Notes under the pieces: generated by a model | Database searches by the model: none | Told to the model about the DNA's origin: nothing | Seen by the model: only the letters and a program-made list of their open reading frames with translations | NCBI GenBank assembly: GCA_020341815.1 | Contig: CP070837.1 | Location: 1,300,575-1,364,574, forward strand | Origin: Candidatus Omnitrophota bacterium | GTDB lineage: Bacteria > Omnitrophota > Gorgyraeia > JAFGHF01 | DNA length: 64,000 bases | Reading direction: 5' to 3' | Translations under genes and position numbers: made by a program | In this document: positions 1 through 9,481 of the stretch, in pieces | How positions within the stretch are numbered: the stretch's first letter is position 1 | Layout: each line of letters starts with the position of its first letter

Positions 1-57
1 GTCTTATACTGGAAGTTTGGTTTAAATAAACCCGGTATATCTACGCAAAAAGTATCT

Positions 58-1173
58 GTGCAAAAGATGAAAAACGGCGAATTTCAGCTTTTAGCGAAGG
101 ATGAGCCTTACTTTGTAAAAGGAGCAGTCTATCATCCTATACCCATAGGGCAAAATCATCAGTACAACTTTTGGAACGATCCTAATCAACCCTGGATAGA
201 AGACGGGCGTCTGATGCATCGGATGGGGGTAAACACAGTGCGTTTTTTTCAACCGGGAGAAGAGGCTAAGGAAACTTGCAGAGTTATTGACCGTTTTTAT
301 CAGCTTTACGGAATCCGCACAATATTGGGCCACTGGATGGACTACTGGAATCCGGGAAATTATGCCGATACCCGCTATCGTGAAGATTTAACCAGACGGG
401 TATTGGAGATGGTCAATACATACAAAGACGAAGAAGGAGTTTTATTGTGGATACTGGGGAACGAAAACAATCTTTCCTGGCATTCCGGAGGGAAGGTTCC
501 CTGGACCTGCCCCGAAGTAGAGCAGATGCAAGACCCTCAGAAAAAAGAACAGGCCAAAGCCAAGATTTATTATTCTCTGGTTAATCAGATTGCCCGCGAG
601 ATTAAAAAGATAGACTCAGAACATCCGGTGGCCTTAGGTAATGCCGATTTCTATAGTCTGGAGGTGGCCGGGGAGGTTTGCCCGGATATCGATTTGATAG
701 CTCTTACTTGCTATCGCGGTAAAACCCTGGGCAATCTCTGGCGGGAAGTAGAGCGAAAGACCGGTAAGCCCGTCTTGGTTATGGAATTCGGTTGCGATAG
801 TTTTAATGCCAAGACAGGCCAGGAAGATCAGGAAATACAGTCTGTCTTCCTGAAAAGTCAATGGCAGGAAATCGAAGCTAATCGGGCCGGCTCAGGCGGT
901 GTGGGAAATGCTTTGGGTGGGTGTGTCTTTGAGTGGAACGATGAATGGTGGAAACACGATGAACATATGGTCTCCAGCTGGTTTGTGCACAATACCGAAG
1001 GCGACTGGTCCGCCGGCGGTTATTATTTCGATATCGCCGCGCCTAATAATATGAATGTCAATGAGGAATGGTGGGGAATTATCGCTTTAAGTCCGGAATT
1101 GGAAAACGGGATAAATAAACGCATTCCAAAGAGAGGGTATTATGAATTACAAGAAATATGGAAGCAGAAGTAA
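58..1173 (+). CDS. Glycoside hydrolase, TIM-barrel (clan GH-A-like). Possibly 5'-partial, because the frame stays open back to position 1.
   Basis: The 371-aa ORF carries an 'ILGNENN' acid/base-like motif and a 'VLVMEFGCDS' nucleophile-like motif typical of GH5/GH2-type (beta/alpha)8 hydrolases. No in-frame stop lies upstream of the window start. The 3' end overlaps the next gene. Confidence 0.45.
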   Translation: MQKMKNGEFQLLAKDEPYFVKGAVYHPIPIGQNHQYNFWNDPNQPWIEDGRLMHRMGVNTVRFFQPGEEAKETCRVIDRFYQLYGIRTILGHWMDYWNPGNYADTRYREDLTRRVLEMVNTYKDEEGVLLWILGNENNLSWHSGGKVPWTCPEVEQMQDPQKKEQAKAKIYYSLVNQIAREIKKIDSEHPVALGNADFYSLEVAGEVCPDIDLIALTCYRGKTLGNLWREVERKTGKPVLVMEFGCDSFNAKTGQEDQEIQSVFLKSQWQEIEANRAGSGGVGNALGGCVFEWNDEWWKHDEHMVSSWFVHNTEGDWSAGGYYFDIAAPNNMNVNEEWWGIIALSPELENGINKRIPKRGYYELQEIWKQK

Positions 1174-4100
1174 TTGCATCTGGAGAGTAATAAGATTTAT
1201 CACCATTTGCCTTACTCTTGTATTTCTGTTTAATACTCCGGCTTTTGCCTTGGGCTCAAGCGTGGCGGACTTCTTGTGTGAAATCGCAATAAAGTACTAT
1301 GAGCAGGGTAAATACGAAGACGCCCTGCACGAATTTAAAAAAGCTCTTATGGTTATGCCTCAGCATCCCCAGGCCCTGAAATATATTCAGGTTATTGAGC
1401 AGAAATTGGCTTTACTGAAACCGCAAAGAGAAATTATGCCGCCTGCAGAAGCAATTCAAGCCCTTGAGGTTTCCGAAGAGCTTGAGCGCAAAAAAGCGCT
1501 TAACCGGGCCCTGGATCAGGCAGAGGCATTAATTCTGGTGCCGGAAGCAGAAGCAGGCGAAGAAGAGGTAGAAGAAATAGAAGAATGGCAGATGCCTCAA
1601 GGTCCGCAGCCGGAGATGGAAGAAATATATCCGTCACCGGAAGAGGAAATTTATCCATACACAGCCGATGAAGAATTATATCCCTCGCCGCCAGAGGAAG
1701 CCTATTCCGAGCCGCTTATCGAAATGGCCAGAGCAGAAGACGAAGAACAATTTTATCCCCCCCATCCCGAAGACGAGGCAGAAACATCGATTTTTGTGCC
1801 GGAAGCAGAAGCAGGCGAAGAAGAGATGGAAGAGATAATACCGGAACCAATGGTTAAAAAAGGCGAAGAGGCTCCCGAAGAAACTTATGCGGCGAAGGAA
1901 GTGGAAAAGGAAAAAGATGAAGATACCTCCCCCATTAAAATTAGCGGAGAATTTTTGGTAAGCCTGGGCACTTCGGACAAGGAACTTATCTGGAAAGAGG
2001 CCAACGGCGATTACAATGAGGCCAACTGGCGCAGAATCGATGAGAGTTTTGGGGTTAATACATATGACAGGCGTATTTATGATAGATTACGCGTGAATAT
2101 CGATACGGAAAAGGAAGAAGGACTTAACTTCCATAGTAATATTACTATGGATCCCTGGACTTTTATCGGGAAATCAAATAAGATTAGAGCTACAAGTCTT
2201 GTAGGGGATGAGTCTGCCGAGATCCAGTTGAAATACTGGTCGGGCACAAGGTCGATAATAAATGAATCGGTTGATTTTACTACCGATGTTTTCAATATTC
2301 CCGAAACAAAAGTACTAGACGGGAAAGTTGCGCCTTTTAGGGCCAGAGGAATTGAATTCGCTGCGGATGCGTTTGATGTGGTGAATATTCCGGAACTGGA
2401 GATTCATCAGGATTACTGGCCGGTAAGAGAGTTGTGGTTTGATTATAAAAGTGAAGATAAATTCCATTTCCGCTTCTTTCCCGTTGCCTATCAGGACCAG
2501 GCCTTGAGTTCCGACGACCCCTTGAAGCTTTCCAACCATAGGATTTATTGGGAGGAAAGCCCCTGGCTGGACAGGTGGCAGTCGGGAAGGGTGCACACAG
2601 ACGTTGTGCCTGAGGATTTTACCAGGGGCCAGTGGGAGGATGATCTCTCCTTCTTTACCCGCGACAGCAATATGGTCTATCTGACTTCTCTGCGTGGCTA
2701 TTCTATGAAAAGCAAGCCTTGGGAAAATTTAACCATAGAATCGACAGCAGCCACCCCCAAAGGCCTGTGGCAGGATTACGATGCCGTGGATAATATTGCA
2801 GGGGCGACCAGGATCAAGTTTATACCGCAGGATGATTTACTTCTGGGTTTAATTCATACCTTTAGATATGGCTTGGAAAAGGGCGACCGTGATGCAGAGA
2901 ACAGGGTGGTCGGCGGCGATATTTGTTATAACTTTTTCTCCGACTTTCATGTAAAGGGTGAAGTCGCCCATAGCTGGGATGAACGCGATCTTACCCAGGA
3001 AACTTATGATACGGACAATGAAGGCAATGCCTATAAATTCGAACTTAAAAGAGGAAAGCTCAAGGAAGAAAGGCCGGAGAGATGGGATGAAGAGGCCTAT
3101 GCAAAGGCAGAGCCTTTTGATTACGCGCTGCGCCTTAGTTATACGCGTATGGATGAAGATTTTTATCCCGGCCTGGCCACTTATCGCATTACTCGCCGCG
3201 ACCCCTTCTGGGGAAGGCATATCCATTTTGAACAGCCCTATAGAGAATATTATGGCGGGCTTTATGAGCCCACCCTGACCTGGGACGACATCCGTCCCTT
3301 TCGTATCGGCGATTCCGTAGATATAGATAGAGAGGTGGCGGGCTTGAGACTGGAGAAGGCCTTCTTAGGAGGAGACCTGGAGACGCTCTTTGATTGCCGC
3401 CGGGCCCATGAAGTTTCCGAAGGCAAATATATTGAGACTATCGGCAGGACCGAAGCCGACTGGTATGCCAGCGAAAGACTCTTGATAAAATTTCTGGCCC
3501 TTTATCACGATTTGCCCGATACTACCGGCGGAATAGACCCTATCATTTACGATGTAGACAGCAATAAATTTTTACTTAACGATGAGATAGAGGATGGGGC
3601 AGATCCTTCTTTAAAAACGGTATCCGCGGGATTTCAGTATGGATTTTTTGATTGGCTGTCTTTCGATTGTATTTATGAACGTACCAATGATTTTACCGTG
3701 GCCCTGGATGATTATCCGCGCAGGCTGCTTAGTAACCCGAATTTTACCACTGTTACCGAAGATGGCTTAATCTGGCGGGAACCGGCGCCTTTTCTTTATA
3801 ACAATTATCTTTTTCCTTTGCCGTCTTATCCCTGGTTTAATATCTACAAGGCGGCATTGGAATTGGAGCCTAACGATGATTTGAAATTGAGAGTTGAGTT
3901 TACCAAGAATGATTATAAATTTGCCGGTCAAATAGACGATAATATTAACCATCTGGGCTTTGAGGCAGACTGGGATATTACCGAGAAGCTTTCTCTGCAA
4001 CTTAACTATACATATGCAAGAAGTTATAATCTATGGAAGCAGGTAAACGGGGTAGCCGACGGTGCATTGGAATACGAGAAGCACCACAATGCCTTTGTAA

Positions 4101-4264
4101 ATTTAAATTACAAAATGGATGATAAGGGGATTTTCACCGTGCAGTTCGGGGAAGGGGCGCTTATGCCTTATAGCGCAATGTTTACTACCAGCCCCTATTC
4201 CGGATTTATTCCGACCTTGGATACCGCCCACATCATCCGCGCCTATTTTAGCAGGAAATTTTAA
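1142..4264 (+). CDS. Large secreted outer-membrane protein: signal peptide, TPR-like N-terminus, acidic/proline-rich low-complexity repeats and a ~800-aa C-terminal beta-barrel-like domain ending in Phe.
   Basis: The N-terminus has a hydrophobic signal and a TPR-like motif ('YYEQGKYEDALHEFKKAL'). Residues ~130-250 hold PEAEAGEEE and E-I-Y-P repeats, encoded by a 45-bp near-identical DNA direct repeat at 1538-1588 and 1790-1840. The C-terminus '...RAYFSRKF' matches the outer-membrane beta-barrel C-terminal Phe signature. Architecture resembles TPR+porin exporters (BcsC/PgaA type), but no family is recognised. Confidence 0.4.
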   Translation: MNYKKYGSRSNCIWRVIRFITICLTLVFLFNTPAFALGSSVADFLCEIAIKYYEQGKYEDALHEFKKALMVMPQHPQALKYIQVIEQKLALLKPQREIMPPAEAIQALEVSEELERKKALNRALDQAEALILVPEAEAGEEEVEEIEEWQMPQGPQPEMEEIYPSPEEEIYPYTADEELYPSPPEEAYSEPLIEMARAEDEEQFYPPHPEDEAETSIFVPEAEAGEEEMEEIIPEPMVKKGEEAPEETYAAKEVEKEKDEDTSPIKISGEFLVSLGTSDKELIWKEANGDYNEANWRRIDESFGVNTYDRRIYDRLRVNIDTEKEEGLNFHSNITMDPWTFIGKSNKIRATSLVGDESAEIQLKYWSGTRSIINESVDFTTDVFNIPETKVLDGKVAPFRARGIEFAADAFDVVNIPELEIHQDYWPVRELWFDYKSEDKFHFRFFPVAYQDQALSSDDPLKLSNHRIYWEESPWLDRWQSGRVHTDVVPEDFTRGQWEDDLSFFTRDSNMVYLTSLRGYSMKSKPWENLTIESTAATPKGLWQDYDAVDNIAGATRIKFIPQDDLLLGLIHTFRYGLEKGDRDAENRVVGGDICYNFFSDFHVKGEVAHSWDERDLTQETYDTDNEGNAYKFELKRGKLKEERPERWDEEAYAKAEPFDYALRLSYTRMDEDFYPGLATYRITRRDPFWGRHIHFEQPYREYYGGLYEPTLTWDDIRPFRIGDSVDIDREVAGLRLEKAFLGGDLETLFDCRRAHEVSEGKYIETIGRTEADWYASERLLIKFLALYHDLPDTTGGIDPIIYDVDSNKFLLNDEIEDGADPSLKTVSAGFQYGFFDWLSFDCIYERTNDFTVALDDYPRRLLSNPNFTTVTEDGLIWREPAPFLYNNYLFPLPSYPWFNIYKAALELEPNDDLKLRVEFTKNDYKFAGQIDDNINHLGFEADWDITEKLSLQLNYTYARSYNLWKQVNGVADGALEYEKHHNAFVNLNYKMDDKGIFTVQFGEGALMPYSAMFTTSPYSGFIPTLDTAHIIRAYFSRKF

Positions 4265-4268
4265 AAAA

Positions 4269-6728
4269 ATGAAAGGAGAGAAAGGATTGAAGTACGGACA
4301 TTTTAGCAACGATGGTTTGGAATATGTTGTCACCACGCCAAACACGCCCCGCCCCTGGATTAATTATTTAACTAACGAAGAATATTGTGCCATTGTCTCA
4401 CAGACCGGCGGCGGTTACAGTTTCTTCAAAGACTGCCGTTCGGACAGGCTTACCCGCTGGCTTCCGGAGAACTGGCATTTTGACCGTCCCGGCCGCTATC
4501 TCTATCTCAAAGATGTTCATCCCACCGCAGCCCATGGCTCAAAAGTATGGGCGGCGACATATCAGCCTTTAAGAGTAAAACCGGATTTTTACGAATGCCG
4601 GCACGGATTGGGTTATACGACGATTGCAACGAAATATTTTGGCGTGCGTTCCGAGGTGACTTATTTTGTTCCGCGTCACGACAATTGCGAGCTCTGGCTG
4701 GCCAGGATTACCAATACAACCGATAAGGATAAAACCCTGGAGGTCTTTCCTTATGTAGAGTGGTTGCTCGGCGATTATCATCTGGAGTTACGTTACCGCA
4801 ATATTATGAATTTATACAATCGGGTCTGGTATGAAGCTAAAGATAGAGTTATTCTGGCCAAAAAGACCGCTGCCTGGGGCGATTTGAACATTAAGCCTTT
4901 TACCGATATTGCCTTTTTCGCAACGTCTTTGCCGGTAAAAGGTTATGCCACGCGCAAAAGCATATTTTTGGGCAAGTTCAATACCGAAGAAAATCCCGAA
5001 GGCCTGGTAATGAACGGCCGATTTAAAAATATCGGCTTTTGTTCGGGAGAAGACAGCATTGGTTGTCTGCGTCATACAATAAATCTTGCTCCAGGACAGA
5101 GTAAGGAATTTGCGGTGATTATGGGCCAGGTAGTTTCTCGGCCCAGCGCAAGAAATCTTATCCGGAAGTATCGCCAGGTTTCTAATGCAAAAAAGGAATT
5201 GTCCGAGGTGAAAAAAGTCTGGCGCAGGCGCATCGTTGATAATATCAAGATTGAGACGCCGGATAAGAATCTCGACCTAATAATGAATGTCTGGGTGAAA
5301 TACCAGCTTTATATCTGTAATTTCTGGTCGCGCTCGCCGTCTTTTTATCATGAGGGTTCAGGCGGACGGGGTTATCGCGATTCCTGTCAGGATAGTGAGG
5401 CTATTGTTTCTATTAACCCGGAGCTTACCCGTAAAAGAATCTTAACTTTGGCTTCTTTAATCAGGAAGGACGGCACCAGCGCTCCCGGGTTTTCCGAAGC
5501 GAATAAACCGCAAGGCCATCGGCCCAATAAAGACCATCCGATTTGGCTGACTACGACCGTCTCTGCTTATATTAAAGAGACCGGTGATAAAAAGATACTT
5601 CTGAAGAAATTACCTTATCTCAAAGACCGTTGGATTGACGGTTGGGAGATAGATGCGAACTTTAAAGGCTCTTCCAGATTTGAAGGAAGCGGGACTTTAT
5701 TCGAGCATCTGGAGAGGAACCTGAATTTCACCTTTAATGATGTGGGAAAACGAGGCCTGCCCTTAATCGGCCATGCAGATTGGAACGATGCCATTGACGC
5801 AGCCGGAATAAAGCTGAAAGGCGAAAGCGTCTGGCTGGCTCAGGGCCTGGTGCGCTCTTTAAAGCAGTTAAGCGAACTGGCCTGTCTTATCGGAAAAGAA
5901 AAGAGAGCGAAAGAACTCACCCGTAAAGCCGAAATTATGTCCGAGCGCATCAACAAATATTGCTGGGATGGGGCCTGGTACAAAAGAGGCTTTACCGATA
6001 ACGGCAGTGTATATGGAAGCAGGCAAAACACCGAAGGAAAGATTTATCTGAACAGCCAGTCCTGGGCAATACTTTCCGGTGTGGCCAAGAACGAAAGATT
6101 AAATAAGGTGTTAAGTTCGGTGAATAAATATTTAGACGGGCCGCACGGACTGGCTTTGTTTTATCCGGCTTATTCCAAGTTTGACTCAAGGCTGGGGAGA
6201 ATCAGTATGTTTGCCGAGGGTACAAAGGAAAATGCCGCCGTATTTTGTCATGCGGCAACCTTTATGGCTGTAGCTTATTGCCTGGCAGGCAGAGGTCAAG
6301 AGGCGTATGAGGCGTTAAGGAAGATTATGCCCAGCGCCCAGGCCGATTACGATGTCTATAAGACCGAGCCCTATGCCTATGCCGAATATTTAGTGGGGCC
6401 GGAGCACCCCTATCTTTATGGGGAAGGAGCCTTTACCTGGATTACCGGCACCGCCGGCTGGAACTTTATGGGTGCCTGTGAATATCTTTTAGGTATTCAG
6501 AGGGATTTTTCCGGATTAAGGATTAATCCTTGTATTCCCAAAGACTGGAAGGCATTTAAAATCAGGCGGCCATTTAGAGGCAACGTTTATGAAATAGAAG
6601 TGGAGAATCCGCATCAAGTCTCACGGGGAATAGAAAAGATTTTAGTAGACGGTCGGCCCATAAAAGGCAACCTCGTTCCTGCTTTTGCCGACGCAAAGAC
6701 GCACAAGGTTAAAGTAATAATGGGGTGA
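4269..6728 (+). CDS. GH94 glycoside phosphorylase (cellobiose/chitobiose phosphorylase family).
   Basis: The N-terminus 'MKGEKGLKYGHFSNDGLEYVVTTPNTPRPWINYLTNEEY...GGGYSFFKDCRSDRLTRW' is collinear with cellobiose phosphorylase N-termini, and the ~819-aa length is typical for CBP. The start was chosen at ATG 4269, just after the upstream gene's stop. The ORF-track start at 4119 overlaps that gene. Confidence 0.8.
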   Translation: MKGEKGLKYGHFSNDGLEYVVTTPNTPRPWINYLTNEEYCAIVSQTGGGYSFFKDCRSDRLTRWLPENWHFDRPGRYLYLKDVHPTAAHGSKVWAATYQPLRVKPDFYECRHGLGYTTIATKYFGVRSEVTYFVPRHDNCELWLARITNTTDKDKTLEVFPYVEWLLGDYHLELRYRNIMNLYNRVWYEAKDRVILAKKTAAWGDLNIKPFTDIAFFATSLPVKGYATRKSIFLGKFNTEENPEGLVMNGRFKNIGFCSGEDSIGCLRHTINLAPGQSKEFAVIMGQVVSRPSARNLIRKYRQVSNAKKELSEVKKVWRRRIVDNIKIETPDKNLDLIMNVWVKYQLYICNFWSRSPSFYHEGSGGRGYRDSCQDSEAIVSINPELTRKRILTLASLIRKDGTSAPGFSEANKPQGHRPNKDHPIWLTTTVSAYIKETGDKKILLKKLPYLKDRWIDGWEIDANFKGSSRFEGSGTLFEHLERNLNFTFNDVGKRGLPLIGHADWNDAIDAAGIKLKGESVWLAQGLVRSLKQLSELACLIGKEKRAKELTRKAEIMSERINKYCWDGAWYKRGFTDNGSVYGSRQNTEGKIYLNSQSWAILSGVAKNERLNKVLSSVNKYLDGPHGLALFYPAYSKFDSRLGRISMFAEGTKENAAVFCHAATFMAVAYCLAGRGQEAYEALRKIMPSAQADYDVYKTEPYAYAEYLVGPEHPYLYGEGAFTWITGTAGWNFMGACEYLLGIQRDFSGLRINPCIPKDWKAFKIRRPFRGNVYEIEVENPHQVSRGIEKILVDGRPIKGNLVPAFADAKTHKVKVIMG

Positions 6729-8128
6729 AAATGGAAAGAAGAGAGTCTATCCGTTTGGAAAAGACTCTGCCGGTAAAGTTTGACTTACCTGACGTACCCG
6801 CAACTGGCAGCGTTAATGCCTTAGCCAGAAATATCGCCGAGGGCGGAATATTTATTGAAACCGACCTTGTCCAGGATGAAGAAATCAGTTTAGTTAGAGA
6901 GTCGCCTTTAAATTTGGAGTTTGAGCTTTTAGGCCATATACAAAGAATAAAGCCGAAGGCGAGAATCGCCTGGATAAGCAGGAAATCCGCTACCCAAAAG
7001 GAAAGGAACGGCTTTGGCGTAAGATTTATTCAGCTGGGACCCAGAGAAAAAAGGATAATTTCATTATTTATCTCGAGAGAATCGCTGGCGAAAGACGAGC
7101 TTGTAGAAAAAGAAACACCCGTTATATCGGGAGAGCAAAAGTTAACCGACAGACAGCGCAGAAACTTAAAGATTCTGGATGTCATCAGAAAAAACAGGCT
7201 GATTTCGCGGGCTGAAATCTCCAAGAGCACCGGCATAAATATAGTTACGGTCTCTAATTATATTGACACCTATCTTAAAAAGGGCCTGGTTTTTGAAAGA
7301 GGCCTGGACATCTCAACAGGAGGCAGGCGTCCGGAACTGGTGGAGATAAATCCCGACTATGGATATGCCATCGGGGTAGATTTAGGCCCTTTAAGTGAAA
7401 GCCCTGCCCGGATAGCGGTAGCGGCCGTTGATTTTACCGGCCGCGTGAAGGCGAGCGCCTTGAGAGAAAGAGGCAGCGACAATATTGAAGATTCCGTGGT
7501 TGTCTCCAAGGACTTGATTAAAGAGATATTGGCAAATGACGCGCTTGATAAAAGACGGGTCAGGGGAATTGGCCTGGGTATTTCCGGAATAATGGATAAG
7601 TTCGGCGGTACCGTGCGCAATCCTTCTACAAAGGTTACCTACGCCAATTACCTGGCGATTAAAAAAGAATTAGAGGATGAGTTCGGTCTTCCGGTATTTA
7701 TTGAAAATGCCACCAGTTGTGCCTTGTTCGCCGAGAAATGGGTGGGCTTAAGCCCGGAGGCGAGAGCGGCCGATAATATTATTTATATCTTTTCGGAGCA
7801 TCAATGCGCAATTATGCTTAAGGGCGAGCTCTATACAGGGACCAGTAAAAGCGCTGGACTCTTAAATCTTGTCCAGGACCTGGGGATATCTCTGGATGTC
7901 AAGATTGCCTATCTGGTAAATATTTTTAATCCCCAGGTGGTCGTAATAGGCAGGAACTTTTTCCAGTCGCCGGATGCGTTTTCAGACACTATTCGCCGGA
8001 CAGTCAGCCGCTGGGCCTTTCGGGAAGGGGCGCAACAGGTGCGGATTATTCCTGCTACTTTGGAGGAGACAGCCACGGCCCGGGGAGCGGCCTCTTTAGT
8101 AATCGAGGCTGCTTTTGCGAATATATAA
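6725..8128 (+). CDS. PilZ-domain / ROK-family (NagC/XylR-like) fusion transcriptional regulator.
   Basis: The N-terminus has PilZ motifs: RRxxxR ('RRESIR') and a DxSxxG-like motif ('NIAEGG') about 30 aa later. The middle has a winged-HTH ('ILDVIRKNRLISRAEISKSTGINIVTVSNYID'). The C-terminus is a ROK sugar-kinase-like fold ('AIGVDLGP...') that lacks the Cys-rich zinc motif. The start overlaps the GH94 stop (ATGA). Confidence 0.55.
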   Translation: MKMERRESIRLEKTLPVKFDLPDVPATGSVNALARNIAEGGIFIETDLVQDEEISLVRESPLNLEFELLGHIQRIKPKARIAWISRKSATQKERNGFGVRFIQLGPREKRIISLFISRESLAKDELVEKETPVISGEQKLTDRQRRNLKILDVIRKNRLISRAEISKSTGINIVTVSNYIDTYLKKGLVFERGLDISTGGRRPELVEINPDYGYAIGVDLGPLSESPARIAVAAVDFTGRVKASALRERGSDNIEDSVVVSKDLIKEILANDALDKRRVRGIGLGISGIMDKFGGTVRNPSTKVTYANYLAIKKELEDEFGLPVFIENATSCALFAEKWVGLSPEARAADNIIYIFSEHQCAIMLKGELYTGTSKSAGLLNLVQDLGISLDVKIAYLVNIFNPQVVVIGRNFFQSPDAFSDTIRRTVSRWAFREGAQQVRIIPATLEETATARGAASLVIEAAFANI

Positions 8129-8305
8129 GTAAGGCCACGACTTAGTGAATGATAATGAAACTAAGTCGTCTGGCCGAACTTATCCCGATAGCTGCAAGAA
8201 AATTTATTCTAAATTTTCGCAGTGTTTTGCTATCGGGATTAATTCACACTTATCACTTACGTCACTATTGTTCCGTAAGTGATGTGCTCATTAAAAGGTG
8301 GGGGG

Positions 8306-9481
8306 ATGGATAAAAAGATTAAACTCCTTTTGGTTGTTTTGGGGTTGATTTCTCTGTTGGGGGCGGGTCTTTCGGCGTGGATTTATTTTTCCGCCCAGGA
8401 AGAAATTATCAGATACGAGGATAAGTATAGCGAATTAGAAAAGAATAATGCATATCTTCGCCAGGGATTGGATGTTGCCGAGAAGGAAAGCCGCCAGTGG
8501 CGGGAAAAGGCGGAGCTTGTAACTGCCACTCTCAATGAATTGAGCCAGAAGTTTAATCTCCTGCAGCAGCAGTATGTATCTTTGAATAAAGAGAAGGATT
8601 CGCTATTCGATGAAAATAAAAGCCTTCTTGAGCAATTGGAGAAAATGAAAGGATTTTATTCCAAAGTTCAGGAGGAAAGGTTAGAAATAATAGAAAAAGT
8701 AGAAGTAGATGCTTCGGATGAATTCTTATCTTCTCTCTTAAAGGAAAAGGCGGCCCTGCAGGTAGAAATAGAAAAGTTAAGAGGGCAGATTGAGAGCGTA
8801 AAGAAGCAAATACGGCCTTCGCAGAATGAATTTGTCAAACTGGAACTAGAAAAAGGCTCGGTGGAGAAAAAATTAAGCGATATGGAGCGTGCCTCAGGCC
8901 TCTTAAGCAGTGATCTTTTGCAGGAGAGAAAAAAGAGGAGTTCTTTAGAGGAGGAGTTAGTCAGAACCGAAGGCCGGCTTTACCGCATAACCCAGGAAAA
9001 AGATAAGCTCGCCGAGCAACTTACCAAGATGAAGCAGGCCCTGGAGAAGAGGCTTCTTGAGTTAAGCGATACGAAGAAGGTGTTGGAAAGCGCGGTCGAG
9101 GGGGCAAAGAAGGCGATGCAGAAGACAGATGCAGGTATCGGCTCCATTGAATTGTCGCCCATTGTGGTAAAGGCAGAGCCGCCGAAAAAAGAGGCGCAGG
9201 AAATTGCGCCGCCGGCGAAAGAACCGCCGAAAAAAGAGGTGCAAGAGAAGCACTTCACGATAGAAGGCCGCATTATTACGATTAACGACAAACATAAGTT
9301 TGTGGTAATTGATATAGGCCGGGATGCCGGCGTGGAAAAGAAAATGCCTTTTAGTGTCTATCGCCAGGATAAAGAAGTAGGAAAAATAGAAGTAATTGAG
9401 GCGCGCAAAAATATCGCTGCCTGCGATATTAAAGAGATGAAGGTCAAGAATTTCGAAATTAACGACAGCGTACGCAGATGA
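8306..9481 (+). CDS. Membrane-anchored coiled-coil protein with a PEPPKKE repeat and a C-terminal beta-rich domain.
   Basis: ATG at 8306 is preceded by the RBS AAAGGTGGGGGG. The product has an N-terminal TM helix, a long heptad-rich region, a 'PPKKEAQEIAPPAKEPPKKEVQEK' repeat and a C-terminal ~80-aa domain. Confidence 0.4.
   Translation: MDKKIKLLLVVLGLISLLGAGLSAWIYFSAQEEIIRYEDKYSELEKNNAYLRQGLDVAEKESRQWREKAELVTATLNELSQKFNLLQQQYVSLNKEKDSLFDENKSLLEQLEKMKGFYSKVQEERLEIIEKVEVDASDEFLSSLLKEKAALQVEIEKLRGQIESVKKQIRPSQNEFVKLELEKGSVEKKLSDMERASGLLSSDLLQERKKRSSLEEELVRTEGRLYRITQEKDKLAEQLTKMKQALEKRLLELSDTKKVLESAVEGAKKAMQKTDAGIGSIELSPIVVKAEPPKKEAQEIAPPAKEPPKKEVQEKHFTIEGRIITINDKHKFVVIDIGRDAGVEKKMPFSVYRQDKEVGKIEVIEARKNIAACDIKEMKVKNFEINDSVRR

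Noticed and set aside
1530-1860. The acidic PEAEAGEEE / EIYP repeat region as a separate gene or a CRISPR-like/TR element.
   Set aside because: It is in-frame within the 1040-aa ORF and reads as a low-complexity protein linker. It is noted only as an internal 45-bp DNA direct repeat.
4119-4268. Upstream extension of the GH94 ORF (start 4119) that overlaps the outer-membrane protein gene.
   Set aside because: The conserved GH94 N-terminus begins at MKGEKGL…GHF (ATG 4269), directly after the upstream stop. The extension has no homology and overlaps a coding region.
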